Source: Chiloscyllium plagiosum
Lineage: Eukaryota
DNA length: 64,000 nucleotides
Assembly: GCF_004010195.1 (NCBI RefSeq)
Contig: NC_057718.1
Span: 100,197,578 to 100,261,577, forward strand
Direction: 5' to 3'
The translations under genes and the position numbers were made by a program. The notes under the pieces were generated by a model. It worked only from the letters and a program-made list of their open reading frames with translations. It was not told the origin of the DNA and searched no databases. Below, in pieces: positions 25,290 to 38,075 of the stretch (within the stretch, counting starts at the first letter, position 1; every line of letters begins with the position of its first letter).

Positions 25290-26402
25290 CTGGGACCATG
25301 CTGCCCCATTGTTGCCAAACAAATCTTCCCCTTTTTGCACCTTGACTGATTGGTTGATAACAACTTGTTCCTGGATCAGTTGATTTCCTGGAACTAGTTG
25401 AACTTCTCCTGCTATAGAAACATAGAAACTCAGGGCAGGAGTAGGCCATTCGGCCCTTCCAGCCTGCCCCACCATTCAATATGATCATGGCTGATCATGC
25501 AACCTCGTATCCCACTCCAGCTTTCTCCCCGTACCCCTTGATCCCTTTAGCCGCAGGAGTCATGTCCAGCCCCCTCTTGAATATATCTAATGAACTGACC
25601 CCAACAGTTTTCTGTGGTACAGAATTCCACAGGTTCACAACTCTCTGGGTGAAGAAATCCTTCCCCATCTCAGTCTTGAATGGCCTACCCTTATTCCTAG
25701 ACTGTGACCCCTTTTTCTGGACTTCCCCAACACCAAGAACATTCTTCCTGCATCAAGCCTGTTCATGAGATGTCCCCCTCATTCTTCTCAATTCCAGCAA
25801 CCACAAGCCCAGTCAATCCAGTCTTTTGTCATATATCTTAAGGACGTTGAGCTCAAGACATGTACACAGGCTCAAAAGTGTCCCAAGTGTTGGTTATGAG
25901 TTACATACGCACTTTTAACTCCATTAACAGTGTTACTTGTTGATGTTTTGCCTCTTGAGAGTTATGCCACCCTCTCTGTGTAGTTTCATCCCTGTAAACT
26001 GCCACTTCTGTTTCTTCTGATCGGACAGAACAGTAACATCCGCCCTTGTATCAAACCTAAAATTAACAGGAAGTTCACTAACTTACACAAGTCCTGTCGA
26101 TTTCACATCAGTCAGATTACCAATTTCCCCTGAGCCTCGGATACCCTCTGTTGGATGTGTATTGTCTGATGTGGGTACATTTTCTACAGGAGGAGGTTTT
26201 ACTACGGTGATCTCTTTGTATGAGAAAGCAGATTTATTTTCACTGCTATGAAACTCTGTCCTACATCTTTGCACGTGTTCTGAAATTCTGTTTGATAATT
26301 GGTTCTGTGAGGCATGTTGTGATTTTTTTTGCCACTTCAAAGGTGGTATAAAAATGCAAGTGGCTCTTCAAAGCGCTTTGAAAATCTCACAAGCTCCCAA
26401 AT
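25290..26402 (-). pseudogene. Pseudo-exon L (large, interrupted by a CR1 and a retropepsin-like relic)
   Basis: ttttctgatattttacag|IWELVRFSKRFEEPLAFLYHL*, a low-complexity stretch, CR1 at 25413-25830, then YSRRSSTSSRK...GRFVWQQWGSMVP plus G|gttcga. May be more than one exon. Confidence 0.65.
25413..25830 (-). mobile_element. CR1 3' end inserted in pseudo-exon L
   Basis: tagaaacatagaaa tail, CR1 3' UTR, FFTQRVVNLWNS. Confidence 0.85.
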
Positions 26403-26594
26403 CTGTAAAATATCAGAAAACCCTGTGACAGTTTCTGCCGTTTCACCCGCTCCTTAAACTAAATGCTGCTAAATCTAAAGGGCCTTTCATGAAGGGAGCA
26501 CCTTTATAATCTGACTAATTTGGAGTTGGAGTGCAGAACAATCCAACAGTACCAGCTCCCAGTTATTAAATCATTCAAGCTATTAATACTGTAC

Positions 26595-27084
26595 CTTTTA
26601 ACATGAGCTGTCCAATTTTAAATTCAATACATATTTTCAAAAACCACTTTATTTACATCCCATTAAGCTAAAAGGTTTTATACTGCAACATCATCCATTC
26701 AACAAAAGCTGGAAAATTGTCAAAGTATTTCTTCATAACAATTTGTCTCCTTCTTTTGACAAAGTGCTCCTGGCCATTGATTGTGTCGTATATTTCACAA
26801 CATGGAAATGCATCCCTCAGCCCTTCAGTTCCCTCCCACGACATGAAAAACAATTGCATTTGGCAATTTTGCCGTCTGTTCATCTATTTCCTCTGAAACA
26901 CTGTTCCTGCACTTGCCAGAGCTACCACGATAACAAACAACTCGCATGCTTGTCGAATCCAGTCAAATTCCTCTCTTGTAGCCTGCAGGTATTTCTCTGT
27001 ACATCACCGTGCTTTTCTCTATTGTCTTGGTCACAGCATCTTGTTCCAATGTAATGTGAAACCCCTCGGAATTACGGGCTACAC
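26595..27084 (-). pseudogene. Pseudo-exon K
   Basis: Long pyrimidine tract then ctgtag|G. Reads CSP*FRGVSHYIGTRCC / EKYLQATREEFDWIRQACE / EEIL*QFSSFC*MDDVAV*NLLA*WDVNKVVFENMY*I*IGQLMLK; donor AAG|gtacag. Confidence 0.7.
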
Positions 27085-27390
27085 CTACAGTTCCATTTCA
27101 CGGGTCAAGAAAAAAAATGAGTAGAAAGCAACAAAAAGAAACTGGGGAGAGAAAAAAGAATAATCCGTCTACACGCAGCTGAGCTTAGCAGCAACAACTT
27201 GTGTAGCTCCTTTAATGCAGAAAACTCTCCCAAGGGTTCCTAACCGCTGTCTTGCCAAACAACGCTTGACACCACACAAGGAGAGAGGCCACAGTTTTAG
27301 TAAATGTCACCTCTAGGCGCTGCAAAGAGTAACCAAGCACAAAGAGGTACCCAAGGCCGTTCTCAAGCTACAGAAAAGCAGTGACCATAC

Positions 27391-27665
27391 CTCAATGCTG
27401 TCCCACGCAGGTACAGCAGCTGCCCTGGGCCCCAGGGACGGCCTCCCAACTCCATGGAGGGTCCATCACTGGAGCAGTGTGGTGGGTGGAGCAGTGATTC
27501 AAAGTCCAATTCCGCTCCACTATAAGAGTCTGTTTACAATTGATGCTCACTGTGTTTAATCGGTTAAGCTTGGGTGTTGACTCAGAGACAGATAAACAGA
27601 TGTTATCAAAGGAGCTAGGAATTGCTGCAAGCCATTTTAAGGAATAAGGTGAACTTGTGTCGTCT
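27391..27665 (-). pseudogene. Pseudo-exon J
   Basis: gcctttcag|A completes the Arg codon. Reads DDTSSPYSLKWLAAIPSSFDNICL..., frameshift, ...DSYSGAELDFESLLHPPHCSSDGPSMELGGRPWGPGQLLYLRGTAL; donor GAG|gtatgg. Confidence 0.75.
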
Positions 27666-29799
27666 CTGAAAGGCACTAAAGAAGTAAGTTTGGGATCTCA
27701 ATATTTGAAGGCCACCAATTCTGAAGGGATTAAAATCTGGGTGTTCATGAGTCAAGAACTGAAAGAGGGCAGAGAGCTTTGTGTCTGCACAGTACAGGAG
27801 GGACAAAGACCATGGGGAGATAATGGGCCTGGAATTGGTGTTAAAGACCCGGGAATTATCAATTATTGAGTTTCAGGCCTCATCAGCCTGGTTCCGATAA
27901 GCTGCCTATGTTAATTTGGCTTCAGGAAGCTCAGTCTGTGAGAAGATGTTCCTCCCTGTCAAAACATATCAAGGAGGCCCACAGGGTGTAGATGGATGTC
28001 AGGGTGGTAGGTGATCAGGAAGGAGAGAGAGGCAGAGGAATTCAGGACTGATAGATGTGGGGAGTCAGGCAAAAACAGTAGTGGGGGTGGGGGGAATAGA
28101 AGGAGAAGTTAGGAGGTGAGCTTACAGGACTCAGGCCTGGTGACCACTTTTTCAGAAAGGAGGCCTCTTAATTGTCGAATTACAGAGCTGCTGGGCTAGT
28201 CCTTGATGCACAGCTGTTGTTCTGCATTCAGGGCAGACCCACTTCAGCAAAGGGGCCTCAAACAGACATTGAAATCCCTTTAGCATAGGCAAGGGGCATG
28301 AAGCCTATTTCAGGTACAGGCGGGTATGTGGACACCAATACTGGGGGCCTTAAGCAACATGCCAAGTAGCACATGTCCACCTTGAAATGCAGTGCATTAA
28401 CCTCCCAAAATATTGGATACCTCTTACACCTGAAAAATGGATACAACTTCAGCATATTTCTATCACATTATATTAATGCATAACAAGGCAGTCATCCAAT
28501 CCGAACCTATGTCACTGTGCGGTGAGTTCTAATAGATTTACTGATGAGTAATGCTGGGGAAATGAAATGTAACTCCAGGCTCAGGAATCCCACCGCCCCC
28601 CCAGCTTCTGCGCAGTTCACTGAAATGCAGCACAGTTCAATGTTTTTCAGATCCATCCTGTACAAAAGTAGCCCTCGCTGACCCCACCTGAAACTTCCCG
28701 AACCCAGACATGTCTCTGTCTTTTATTTTAATAAGATTTGGATTTACAATCAATTTTGTCAGTTTCTTTTTCCTTGGGGCTTGTCTTAATCGGGATCAAA
28801 TCTGAGACTGATCCAACCTCCCAAGCCCACAACGTCTACCATCTGGAAGGACAAGAGCAACAGATCCATGGGAACATAGGTCCCTTCAAGTTCCTCACCA
28901 AGTCACTCACCATCTTGACGTGGAAATATATCCCTGCTCCTTCACTGTCATTGGGTCAAAATCATGGAATTCCCTCCCTCAGGGCATCTTGGGTTCATCT
29001 GCTCCATTGGTTCAAGACAGTAACCCACCATCACCTTCTCAAGGGCACATAATGACAGACAATAAATGCTGGCCCAGTCAGTGATGACCACATCCCATAA
29101 AAGAATTTTTGAGGCAACCCAATTCACATTACAGGATAAGGGGCAAAGAAAATTTTAATGACAGCCATTTGGATGGGAATAATTTCATTTAACAAGTTAA
29201 AAAAAAGTTCTCTGAAGCATCTATCCTGTTGAAGACATATTCCCAAGCAACCTGTTCGGAGATGTTATGACACATAAAAACAGAAATTGCTGGAAAAACT
29301 CAGTAGGTCTGTGGAGAGAAATCAGACTTAACATTTCAGGTCAGTCCTGAGGGTGGACCCGAAATGATAACTCCGATTTCACTCCATGGATGCTACCAGA
29401 ACTGCTGAGTTTTTCCAGCAATTTCTGTTTTTGTTTCTGATTTACAGCATCCGCAGTTCTTTCGGTTTTTATGCTATGACACACCTCTGGAACAGAATGG
29501 GACTTGAACCCTCAGCGCAGTGGCTCAGTGGTTAACACTGCTGCCTCACAGCACCAGGGACCCAGGTTCGACTCCAACCTCAGGTGATTGCCTATGTGGA
29601 GTTTGCAAATTCTCCCTGTGTCTGTGTGGGTCCCTTCGGGGGACAGTAGGTTAGGTGGATTGGTCATGATAAATTGACCAAAGTGTTCAGGGTCATTTAG
29701 GTTAGGTGGATTAGCCATGGGGGTTACAGGGACTAGGTCTGGGTAGGATGTTCTTTGGAGAGTTGGTATGACCTGCCTCCACACTGTAGGGACTATATT

Positions 29800-32053
29800 A
29801 CATTGCTGGATGACTAAAGAAATTGAGGGTTTGGTTAAGAAAAAGAATGTCAGGCACAGACAGGATAGACTGAGTGCATCCTTAGAAGAGTATAAAGAAA
29901 GTAGGAGTATACTTAAGAGGGAAATCAGGAGGGCAAAACAGGAACATGAGATAGCTTTGGCAAATAGAATTAAGGGGAATCCAAAGGGTTTTTACAAATA
30001 TATTAAGGACAAAAGGATAACTAGGGAGAGAATAGGGCCTCTCAAAGATCAGCAAGGCGGCCTTTGTGTGGAGCCACAGAAAATGGGGGAGATACTAAAT
30101 GAATATTTTGCATCAGTATTTACTGTGGAAAAGGATATGGAAGATATAGANNNNNNNNNNNNNNNNNNNNNNNNNNNNNNNNNNNNNNNNNNNNNNNNNN
30201 NNNNNNNNNNNNNNNNNNNNNNNNNNNNNNNNNNNNNNNNNNNNNNNNNNNNNNNNNNNNNNNNNNNNNNNNNNNNNNNNNNNNNNNNNNNNNNNNNNNN
30301 NNNNNNNNNNNNNNNNNNNNNNNNNNNNNNNNNNNNNNNNNNNNNNNNNNNNNNNNNNNNNNNNNNNNNNNNNNNNNNNNNNNNNNNNNNNNNNNNNNNN
30401 NNNNNNNNNNNNNNNNNNNNNNNNNNNNNNNNNNNNNNNNNNNNNNNNNNNNNNNNNNNNNNNNNNNNNNNNNNNNNNNNNNNNNNNNNNNNNNNNNNNN
30501 NNNNNNNNNNNNNNNNNNNNNNNNNNNNNNNNNNNNNNNNNNNNNNNNNNNNNNNNNNNNNNNNNNNNNNNNNNNNNNNNNNNNNNNNNNNNNNNNNNNN
30601 NNNNNNNNNNNNNNNNNNNNNNNNNNNNNNNNNNNNNNNNNNNNNNNNNNNNNNNNNNNNNNNNNNNNNNNNNNNNNNNNNNNNNNNNNNNNNNNNNNNN
30701 NNNNNNNNNNNNNNNNNNNNNNNNNNNNNNNNNNNNNNNNNNNNNNNNNNNNNNNNNNNNNNNNNNNNNNNNNNNNNNNNNNNNNNNNNNNNNNNNNNNN
30801 NNNNNNNNNNNNNNNNNNNNNNNNNNNNNNNNNNNNNNNNNNNNNNNNNNNNNNNNNNNCTAGGAACTCTCCAACCACAAGGGATGAACTCGGGTTTCAC
30901 CAGTTTCCTCATTTCCCCTCCCCCCACCTTGTCTCAGTCAAATCCATCGAATTCAGCACCGCCTTCCTAACCTGCAATCTTCTTCCCGACCTCTCCGCCC
31001 CCACCCCAGTCTGACCTATCACCCTCACCTTGACCTCTTTCCACCTATCACATTTCCGACCACCCCTCCCCCAGTCCCTCCTCCCTACCTTTTATCTTAG
31101 CCTGCTGGACAAACTTTCCTCATTCCTGAAGAAGGGCTTATGCCCGAAACATCGATTCTCCTGTTCCCTGGATGCTGCCTGACCTGCTGCGCTTTTCCAG
31201 CAACACATTTTCAGCACTAATTCGGGATAGTCAACATGGCTTTGTACGTGGGAAATCATGTCTCACAAACTTGATTGAGCTTTTTGAAGAAGTAACAAAG
31301 AAGATTGATGAGGGCAGAGCAGTAGATGTGATCTATATGGACTTCAGTAAGGCGTTCGACAAGGTTCCCCCAAGGGACACTGATTAGCAAGGTTAGATCT
31401 CATGGAATACAGGGAGAACTAGCCATTTGGATACAGAACTGGCTCAAAGGTAGAAGTCAGAGGGTAGATAGGATAGTGAAGAAGGCGTTTGGTATGCTTT
31501 CCTTTATTGGTCAGAGTGCTGAGTATAGGGGTTGGGAGGTCATGTTGCAGCTGTACAGGACATTGGTTAGGCCACTGTTGGAATATTGCGTGCAATTCTG
31601 GTCTCCTTCCTATCGGAAAGATGTTGTGAAACTTGAAAGGGTTCAGAAAAGATTTACAAGGGTGTTGCCAGGGTTGGATGATGTGAGCTACAGGGAGAGG
31701 CTGAACTGGCTGAGGCTGTTTTCCCTGGAGCGTCAGAGGCTGAGGGGTGACCTTATAGAGGTTTACAAAATTATGAGGGTCATGGATAAGATAAATAGAC
31801 AAAGTCTTTTCCCTGGGGCAGCGGGGTCAAGAACTAGAGGGCATAGGTTGAGGGTGAGAGGGGAAAGATATAAAAGATACCTGAGGCATTTGCAACATTT
31901 AAGAGGCATTTGGATGGGTATATGAATAGGAAGGGTTTGGAGAGATATGGGCTGGGTTCTGGCAGGTGGGACTAGATTGGGTTGGGATATCTGGTCGGCA
32001 TGGACGGGTTGGACCGAAGGGTCTGTTTCCATGCTGTACATCTCTATGACTCT
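29800..32053 (+). mobile_element. CR1/HER1 LINE ORF2 (gapped, internally deleted) with a PLE 3' end at 30860-31216
   Basis: NPKGFYKYIKDKR...ILNEYFASVFT; SQHGFVRGKSCLTNLIE..YMDFSKAFDKVP joined directly to KKAFGMLSFIGQ. PLE part: LGTLQPQGMNS plus hammerhead. Confidence 0.85.
30151..30859. other. Assembly gap (others at 6991-6996, 18973-19223, 38078-38289)
   Basis: Runs of N, all within or beside young repeats. Confidence 1.
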
Positions 32054-32169
32054 TTATGAACCCTGGCCTCCTGGCTTAGAGATCAGGACACTGCCACTGC
32101 ACAGTAAGACCCTCTGAATCCTGTTGAACAATTAGTGATAAAATCTGTTCACAAATAAATAAATAAAAC

Positions 32170-32261
32170 CTGTTGTATCCGGTTAGCTCAAGAGCTGCAT
32201 CCACCATATCATTGATGATCAATAGGAGACTGTTCATCTCATTTAGATAATATGTTACAAT
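32170..32261 (-). pseudogene. Pseudo-exon I (92 bp, open)
   Basis: ttcacttttaatgctacag|ATT...CAG|gtttta; reads IVTYYLNEMNSLLLIINDMVDAALELTGYN plus AG. Confidence 0.75.
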
Positions 32262-32431
32262 CTGTAGCATTAAAAGTGAACGTATTGATATTTTTTAAAC
32301 AAGCCTGGATCAATTTAATTGAATGTGCAGCAACGGAAGAACATTACTTCTCAATTTGCATTTTGTAACTACTAGCTCCTGATGAAATTGAAATGGTTCT
32401 TATTTTGTTTCAGTTTTCTCATCCCATTAAC

Positions 32432-32509
32432 CTGTTCATCGACGAATCTGCGTGTGCCCATGAACTCAAAAGCTGATTGAACAGAATCCGATTTGTCGAC
32501 TGTGCTATG
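32432..32509 (-). pseudogene. Pseudo-exon H (78 bp, open)
   Basis: ccactag|CAT...CAG|gttaat; reads HSTVDKSDSVQSAFEFMGTRRFVDEQ, phase 0-0. Confidence 0.65.
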
Positions 32510-33284
32510 CTAGTGGCAATTGTTAATATAAGGATTGATAGTAGCGTCAGAGTATCACTGGGTCAGTAACCCAGATACCTCAGTTACCGATGGCCACTTT
32601 AACCACCTCATCCCATCCCCACCACTAACTTACCTCCAGAGTCAAGGGGATGTGCCACGGGCTGGGCAAGGTACATGCTTTGTGGGCTCCTGGTCACATT
32701 GGAGACACACCCTCCCCCACCTCTGCTTATATGATCACAACCACTCTTTATTTTCCCCTGGCCTCTTAAACCAGAATCCTCAATTGGGACTTATAACCAA
32801 TCCCCACTGATATCCTGGGCTCACCTGAAGTCAGGCCTCCATTAGCTCCTCTTCATTTGGGGGGGGATGGAAGGAAACTGCAGTCCCAGCAGTGTCCACT
32901 GGTGGTGCTCCTGGGACTGCGGAACTGTCAGCGATCTGATTGGCGAACCATTAAATGGTGTTTCTGCCCCAGAAGGGGGCGACTTCTTGATCTGAGCCAA
33001 TGAATGCCCTGTGGGTTGTACAATTCCCTTAGTTGGCAGGAATGTTTCCCAGTTGACACTTTATTCACTCGTTGGATGTGGGCATCACTGGCTGACCAGC
33101 ATTTACTGCCTGTCCCGAGTTGCCCTTGCATACATGGTGGTGAGCTGCTTTCTTGAACTGTTGCAGTCCATGTGCTGTAGGTAGACCCACAATGCCCTAA
33201 GGGAGGGTTTCAATCCAGCGAACTGAAGAAACAGCGATATAATTCAGCCCCTCCTACTCAAACTCTAACCATAGGTTGTGGTTC

Positions 33285-36200
33285 TGTTATGAAGGTGTAG
33301 AGGTGTACTGTACCTCTAAGAGAGTTGAAAAACTAGTAAGGTCTGCCTGACTCTGCGCAAAGTGTTCTGAACAAGGAAGCAATGTAACATTTGGTCAGTA
33401 GCTGAGTTGCCATGAGACAAAAACAAATTCAAATTCAGCCAATCAGTTTAAATTATACCCAAGATACCAAACTCCAATCAAGTTTGAATTTAGTATTTTC
33501 ATAATATTAAAACCAATGAAATGATCCAATGTTTCGGGCTATAAAACCAGACATTTTTGAAAAGTTGGGAGAGAACTGTCAAAAGACCAACAGATATAGG
33601 CTGTTAGTTTAAGAGGTCTCTGAAAGGTACCTGTCTGGGGATGGCATTTGCACAGCAGAACATTGAGGCCAACCTGAAGAGAATCTACAGAGGAAAATCT
33701 GCAAAGGAGATTTGGCAAAACTGACTGGTTTTTAAATGTGATTTTTTTTTGTAAATCTTAATCGAGATTTCTTATTGGACTAGTGTTGTGGAGTCGAGGG
33801 GGTGAAAGATAGGTTTAAGAAAAAGGAGTCGTAAATAGTTTTTGGTTAATATTCTCTGTTGGACTTAAAGAATAAAAGTTGTCAATTTTTACTTTAAATA
33901 GTGATCTCTGGGATAGCTCTTTGCTTCTCAAATGTTAACAGATTACAGCACAGGGTGCATTTTTTCGGTGTTGCTGGTTTAAATTAGCAGATGGGTTACT
34001 CCATGTCATAACAGTTTGGGGGCCCGGGATTTGGACAGGTTTAGACAGATTTGAATAGGTTTGGGGTACGATAAAGCCAAATAAATTTAAACACTTGCAG
34101 ATTAGCATCCCAGACCCTTAAATAAAATATAGATGAGACAATTTGTTTAATTTCAGTGACTTGTGGTTGATTGAATTAAACATGAGAGAAATGGCTCTTA
34201 AAATTGCTAACAAGGTTCTGGAGTTTGAAGATGATAATCAAATTTTCCAAGAAAGTTTAGAAGGAAAATAAAAAGGCCATACATTTAGAAGTTAGATTTG
34301 GGTTTGACCAAGGACAAAAATAAATTGGAAATTGTAAGGCAGTTACTCACTTAAACGTGTCAGGGAAACAGACAAGTGCAGTAGAGGTAAAAACAATTAA
34401 ATTACAATTGAGGAAAATGGAGTTAGGAGATAAACAAAGAGAGAGAAAAGAAAGAAAAAGAGAGAGAGGAAAATGAGAGAGAGAGAAGGTTCTTAGTTGA
34501 GCAAAGAGCAAGAGAAGAAAGGGAGAGAAAAAGAGAGAGAGAGGAACAAGAAAGAGAGTAAAGGTTCTTAGCTGGGCAAAAAGGTTCTTAGCTGGGCAAA
34601 AAGAGAGAGAACTTGAACTTGAGAAATTGCGACTTAGTCAGCAAAGTCAAGTTAACAGGATGGAGATTAAAAGAGAAGGTAGTGATATATACAAATTTGT
34701 CAAAACTCTGCCACATTTGGATGAGAAAGAATTTGAAGCCTTCTTTATTTCATTTGAAAAATTGGATAGGCAGATGGAGTAGTCCAAGGATTCATGGGTA
34801 ATGCTAGTTTAGTTCAGACTAAACTGGTAGGCAGAGCTAGTGAGGTATTTGCTGTGCTGTCAAATGAGGGGTCAAGAGATTATGAAGAGGTTAAACAGGC
34901 AATTTTAAGTGTTTATGAATTGGTACTAGAAGCATATAGAAATAGTTCAGAAACATAAAGAAGGAACCAGGACAAACTTACGTTGAGTTTGAAAGAATTA
35001 AACATAGTCAATTATTATTGATTGATGTGTGCTTTAGAAATAGAGAGGATCTATGAAGCTCTAAGAGAGATTATTCTGCTGGAGGAGTTTAAAAACTCAC
35101 TTCCAGAGTTGGTAAGAATTCATGTGGAAGAACAAAAAGTTCAGGAGGTGAGAAGGGCAGCAGAATTAGCAGATGAAAACATGTTGGTGTATAAGACAAG
35201 CTTCTGGCCAAAATTTCATCCTGTGAGGGACAGAAGTTGGGAGAAATCCTACACTACAAAACAAAGAGTAAAGAACACTGGTAAGAGGTTAAAAAAGAAG
35301 CCCAAGAGGGTGGAAAGGAGATGAAAGGTCCGGTTTTTCAATTGTAGTAAAGTGGGACAAGTAAAGTCACAGTGCTGGTCGTTAAAGAAAGGCCCTGTAG
35401 GAAAAGATGTGGTAAAAGAAGCTAAGCCAGTGGCATTAGTGAAGGTAGTAAAGGAGACCCCAAGAAGAGCTGAGGAGCTGCAGGAGAGTGTACAGCCGAG
35501 GCAAGGGCTGGGTATGGAGTTAGTACCTGATCTCTACAAAGAATTTGTCTCTGTGGGTAAAGTTTACTCAGAAAGAACAGGGGGAGAGGACAAAAAGTTA
35601 GAATTTTGAGAGATACAGGATCTAACCAATCACTGATAGTATGAGATGAGCGAATTTGCACTCTTTCTGATCTGTTACTTGAGAGTGTGGTAATTTGTGG
35701 GATAGATGGACAGAAATTTAACGTTCTCCTATATAAGATCAGATTGGCGTGCCAGCGCAACTTTGAGGAAGTTACAGTGGGAGTGATTGACAGAGTGTCA
35801 GTTCCTGGAATTCAGTTTGTTCTTGGGAATGATTTAGCAGTATCCAAAGTGGGAGTGACACCCCTTGTTGTGGAGAAGCCCAAGGAACACCAAGAAACTG
35901 TGGAGTTAAAAATATCCTGGTATTTTCCCAGACTGCGTAGTAACCATATCACATTATCATAGACCATAGAAGCAAAAACTAAAGAGAAAGATGTAGGAGT
36001 TGAGGTTCAGTTAGTGGATACCCTGTCTGACATAATGGTGCAGGAAAAACCTGAACAGGCAGAGAGTCAGACAGGAGTGTTTACTCCTGAAAGGCTAAGG
36101 GACTTACAACAGAAAGACAAGATAAATAAAAGCTGTATATGTGGATGCATATTCCGAAAGGGAGGTAGAGGGTAATCCTGAGGGTTATTAGCTGAAAGGC

Positions 36201-37035
36201 AGAATCCTATGACAGAAATGGAGACCATGGCAGTTTAGTGCAGAGGAGAAATGGGCCGAAGTGCACCAGATTGTGTTGCCGGTAGCATAGAGACAGGGGG
36301 TGTTATGGGTAGCACATGAACTACCTGTCGGAGGTCACCTAGGGGTATGAAAGACTCAGGCTAAGGTACAAAAACATTTTTATTGGCCTGGAATGCACAA
36401 GGGTGTGGCTAACTTCTGCCGTATGTGTCTCACATGCCAAATGGTAGGTAAGCCACAGGCAATAGTAAAACCAGCCCCTTTGTTGCCAATTCCTGCATTT
36501 GAAGAACCTTCCACACGGGTTATAATTGATCGTGTGATCGTGTAGGTCCCCTCCTGAGAACTAAAAGTGGGAACCAGTATATATTAACAATAATGGATGG
36601 GTCTACCAGATTTCCGGAGGCAATTCCATTACGGAGTATCAAGGCCAAAAGGTGGTAGAGGAGTTAGTAGCTTTCTTCACACGGTATGGGCTACCCAGAG
36701 AGATTCAGTCAGACCAAAGGTCAAATTTTACTGCTAGGCAGTTTAAGAAGGTTATGGATAGCTTAGGTATACAGCACTTTAAATCCAGTGCCAATCATCC
36801 TGATTCCCAGGGAGCTTTAGAAAGGTGGCATCAGACCTTGGAGACCATGTTGAGAGTATACTGTCAGGACTACCCGAATGACTGGGATAAAGGTATCCCA
36901 TTCGTATTGTTTACAATAGAGATGCCCCAATCGAATTTACTCAGTTTACTCCCTTCGAGTTAATATTCGGGCATGAAGTGAGAGGCCCTTTGAAATTAAT
37001 TAAAGAAAAATTGACAGGACCAAAGTCTGGAAATG
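33285..37035 (+). mobile_element. 3'-truncated Gmr1-like Ty3/Gypsy retrotransposon (5' LTR, PBS, gag-SCAN-CCHC, protease, integrase)
   Basis: LTR tgttatga...tcataaca 33285-34013; PBS tgggggc--ccgggat (tRNA-Pro type); gag ATG 34191; SCAN-like ILLEEFKNSLPELVRIHVEEQK; protease ILRDTGS ~35602; HHCC (AHELPVGGHLG..KHFYWP..CRMCLTC) then integrase core YGLPREIQSDQRSNF with no RT in between. Many stops and frameshifts. Confidence 0.9.
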
Positions 37036-37701
37036 ATGAGGTCGGTGTTTTTGACCACCCACAGAGTTGATGGGCCGAAGGGTCTTTTTCTGTGCTGCAG
37101 ACTTCAATAAGTCTATAATTCATAGAATTCCTACAGTGTGGATGCAGGCCATTCAGCCCATCAAGTACACACTGACCCTTCGAAGAGCATCCCACCCAGG
37201 CCCACCCTATACCTGTAACCCTGCATTTCCCATGGCTATTTCACTTAACCTGCATTTCTTTGGACTGTGGGAGGAAACTGGAGCACCAGAGGAAATCCAC
37301 ACAGACACAGGAAAAATGTGCAAACTCCACACAGATGGTCACCTGAGGGTGGGATCGAACCTGGGTCCCTGGCACTGTGAGGCAGCAATGCTCACCAGCA
37401 AGCTGCCCCGATTCTGTGAGGAAAATTAGCAACAAGGTAAGGGTGGGCATTATTTCTTTGGACCAAAGGAGTTTGAGGAAAGATTTGATTTGGTGGAAAA
37501 GATGATGATGGGTTTCAATAAGATTAAAAAGAAAATCTGTTCCCATTACTGATCATGCAAGGACTGGAAGATTTTGGGCAAGAACTATAGGGGGAATGTG
37601 AGGAAGAGCTTTTATTTTAACAAAGCAAGTGGTAATGACCTGGAACTCTCTGTCCACAAGGGGGAGTGGAAACAGACAGTGATTGATTTCAAAAGGAATT
37701 A

Positions 37702-38075
37702 CAGTAGCGCCTCGACATACAAACGGCCCCGTTCACGAACAAATCGGTTTACGAACAGGATTGTACGTAAAATTTTGCTTCAACATACGTACGAAATTCA
37801 AGGTACGAACGAAGGTACGAACGCAAAAAGCCCGTGTGCGACCACGTGGTATCATTGTTCTGCTTTGCTACGTGCGCTTTGAACGCAAAAGCTCTCGGGC
37901 CCCGCGTGATCTCATTCAGTTCGTCTTTGGTGCGCGCGCTGTGAACAGCATTCGTTGCTACGTCCAAGCATTCTTACGCTATCCGAACAATGGGAAAAAT
38001 TGATTCAGTTCGCAAACTTTTCGGTTCGCGAACCGGTCCCGGAACAGATTAAGTTCGTAAGTCGAGGCGCTACTG
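37702..38075. mobile_element. pogo/Tigger-type MITE, young (CpG-rich)
   Basis: TIR cagtagcgcctcgac(a/t)tac; TA TSD on both sides; many intact CpGs. Confidence 0.9.

Noticed and set aside
26340..26402. Naming the pseudogene (DH/RhoGEF-like IWELVRFSKRF; ABTB2-like short motifs elsewhere)
   Set aside because: Only a few residues match and the rest does not fit; no gene symbol can be supported without a database search.
28500..28690. Possible extra exon
   Set aside because: Splice signals are weak or ambiguous, and exons I and J join in phase without it.
29768..30970. 400-aa ORF and other long ORFs at 18916-19413, 30049-30927, 37955-38363
   Set aside because: Their length comes from N-gaps; the real parts are CR1, PLE or MITE fragments.
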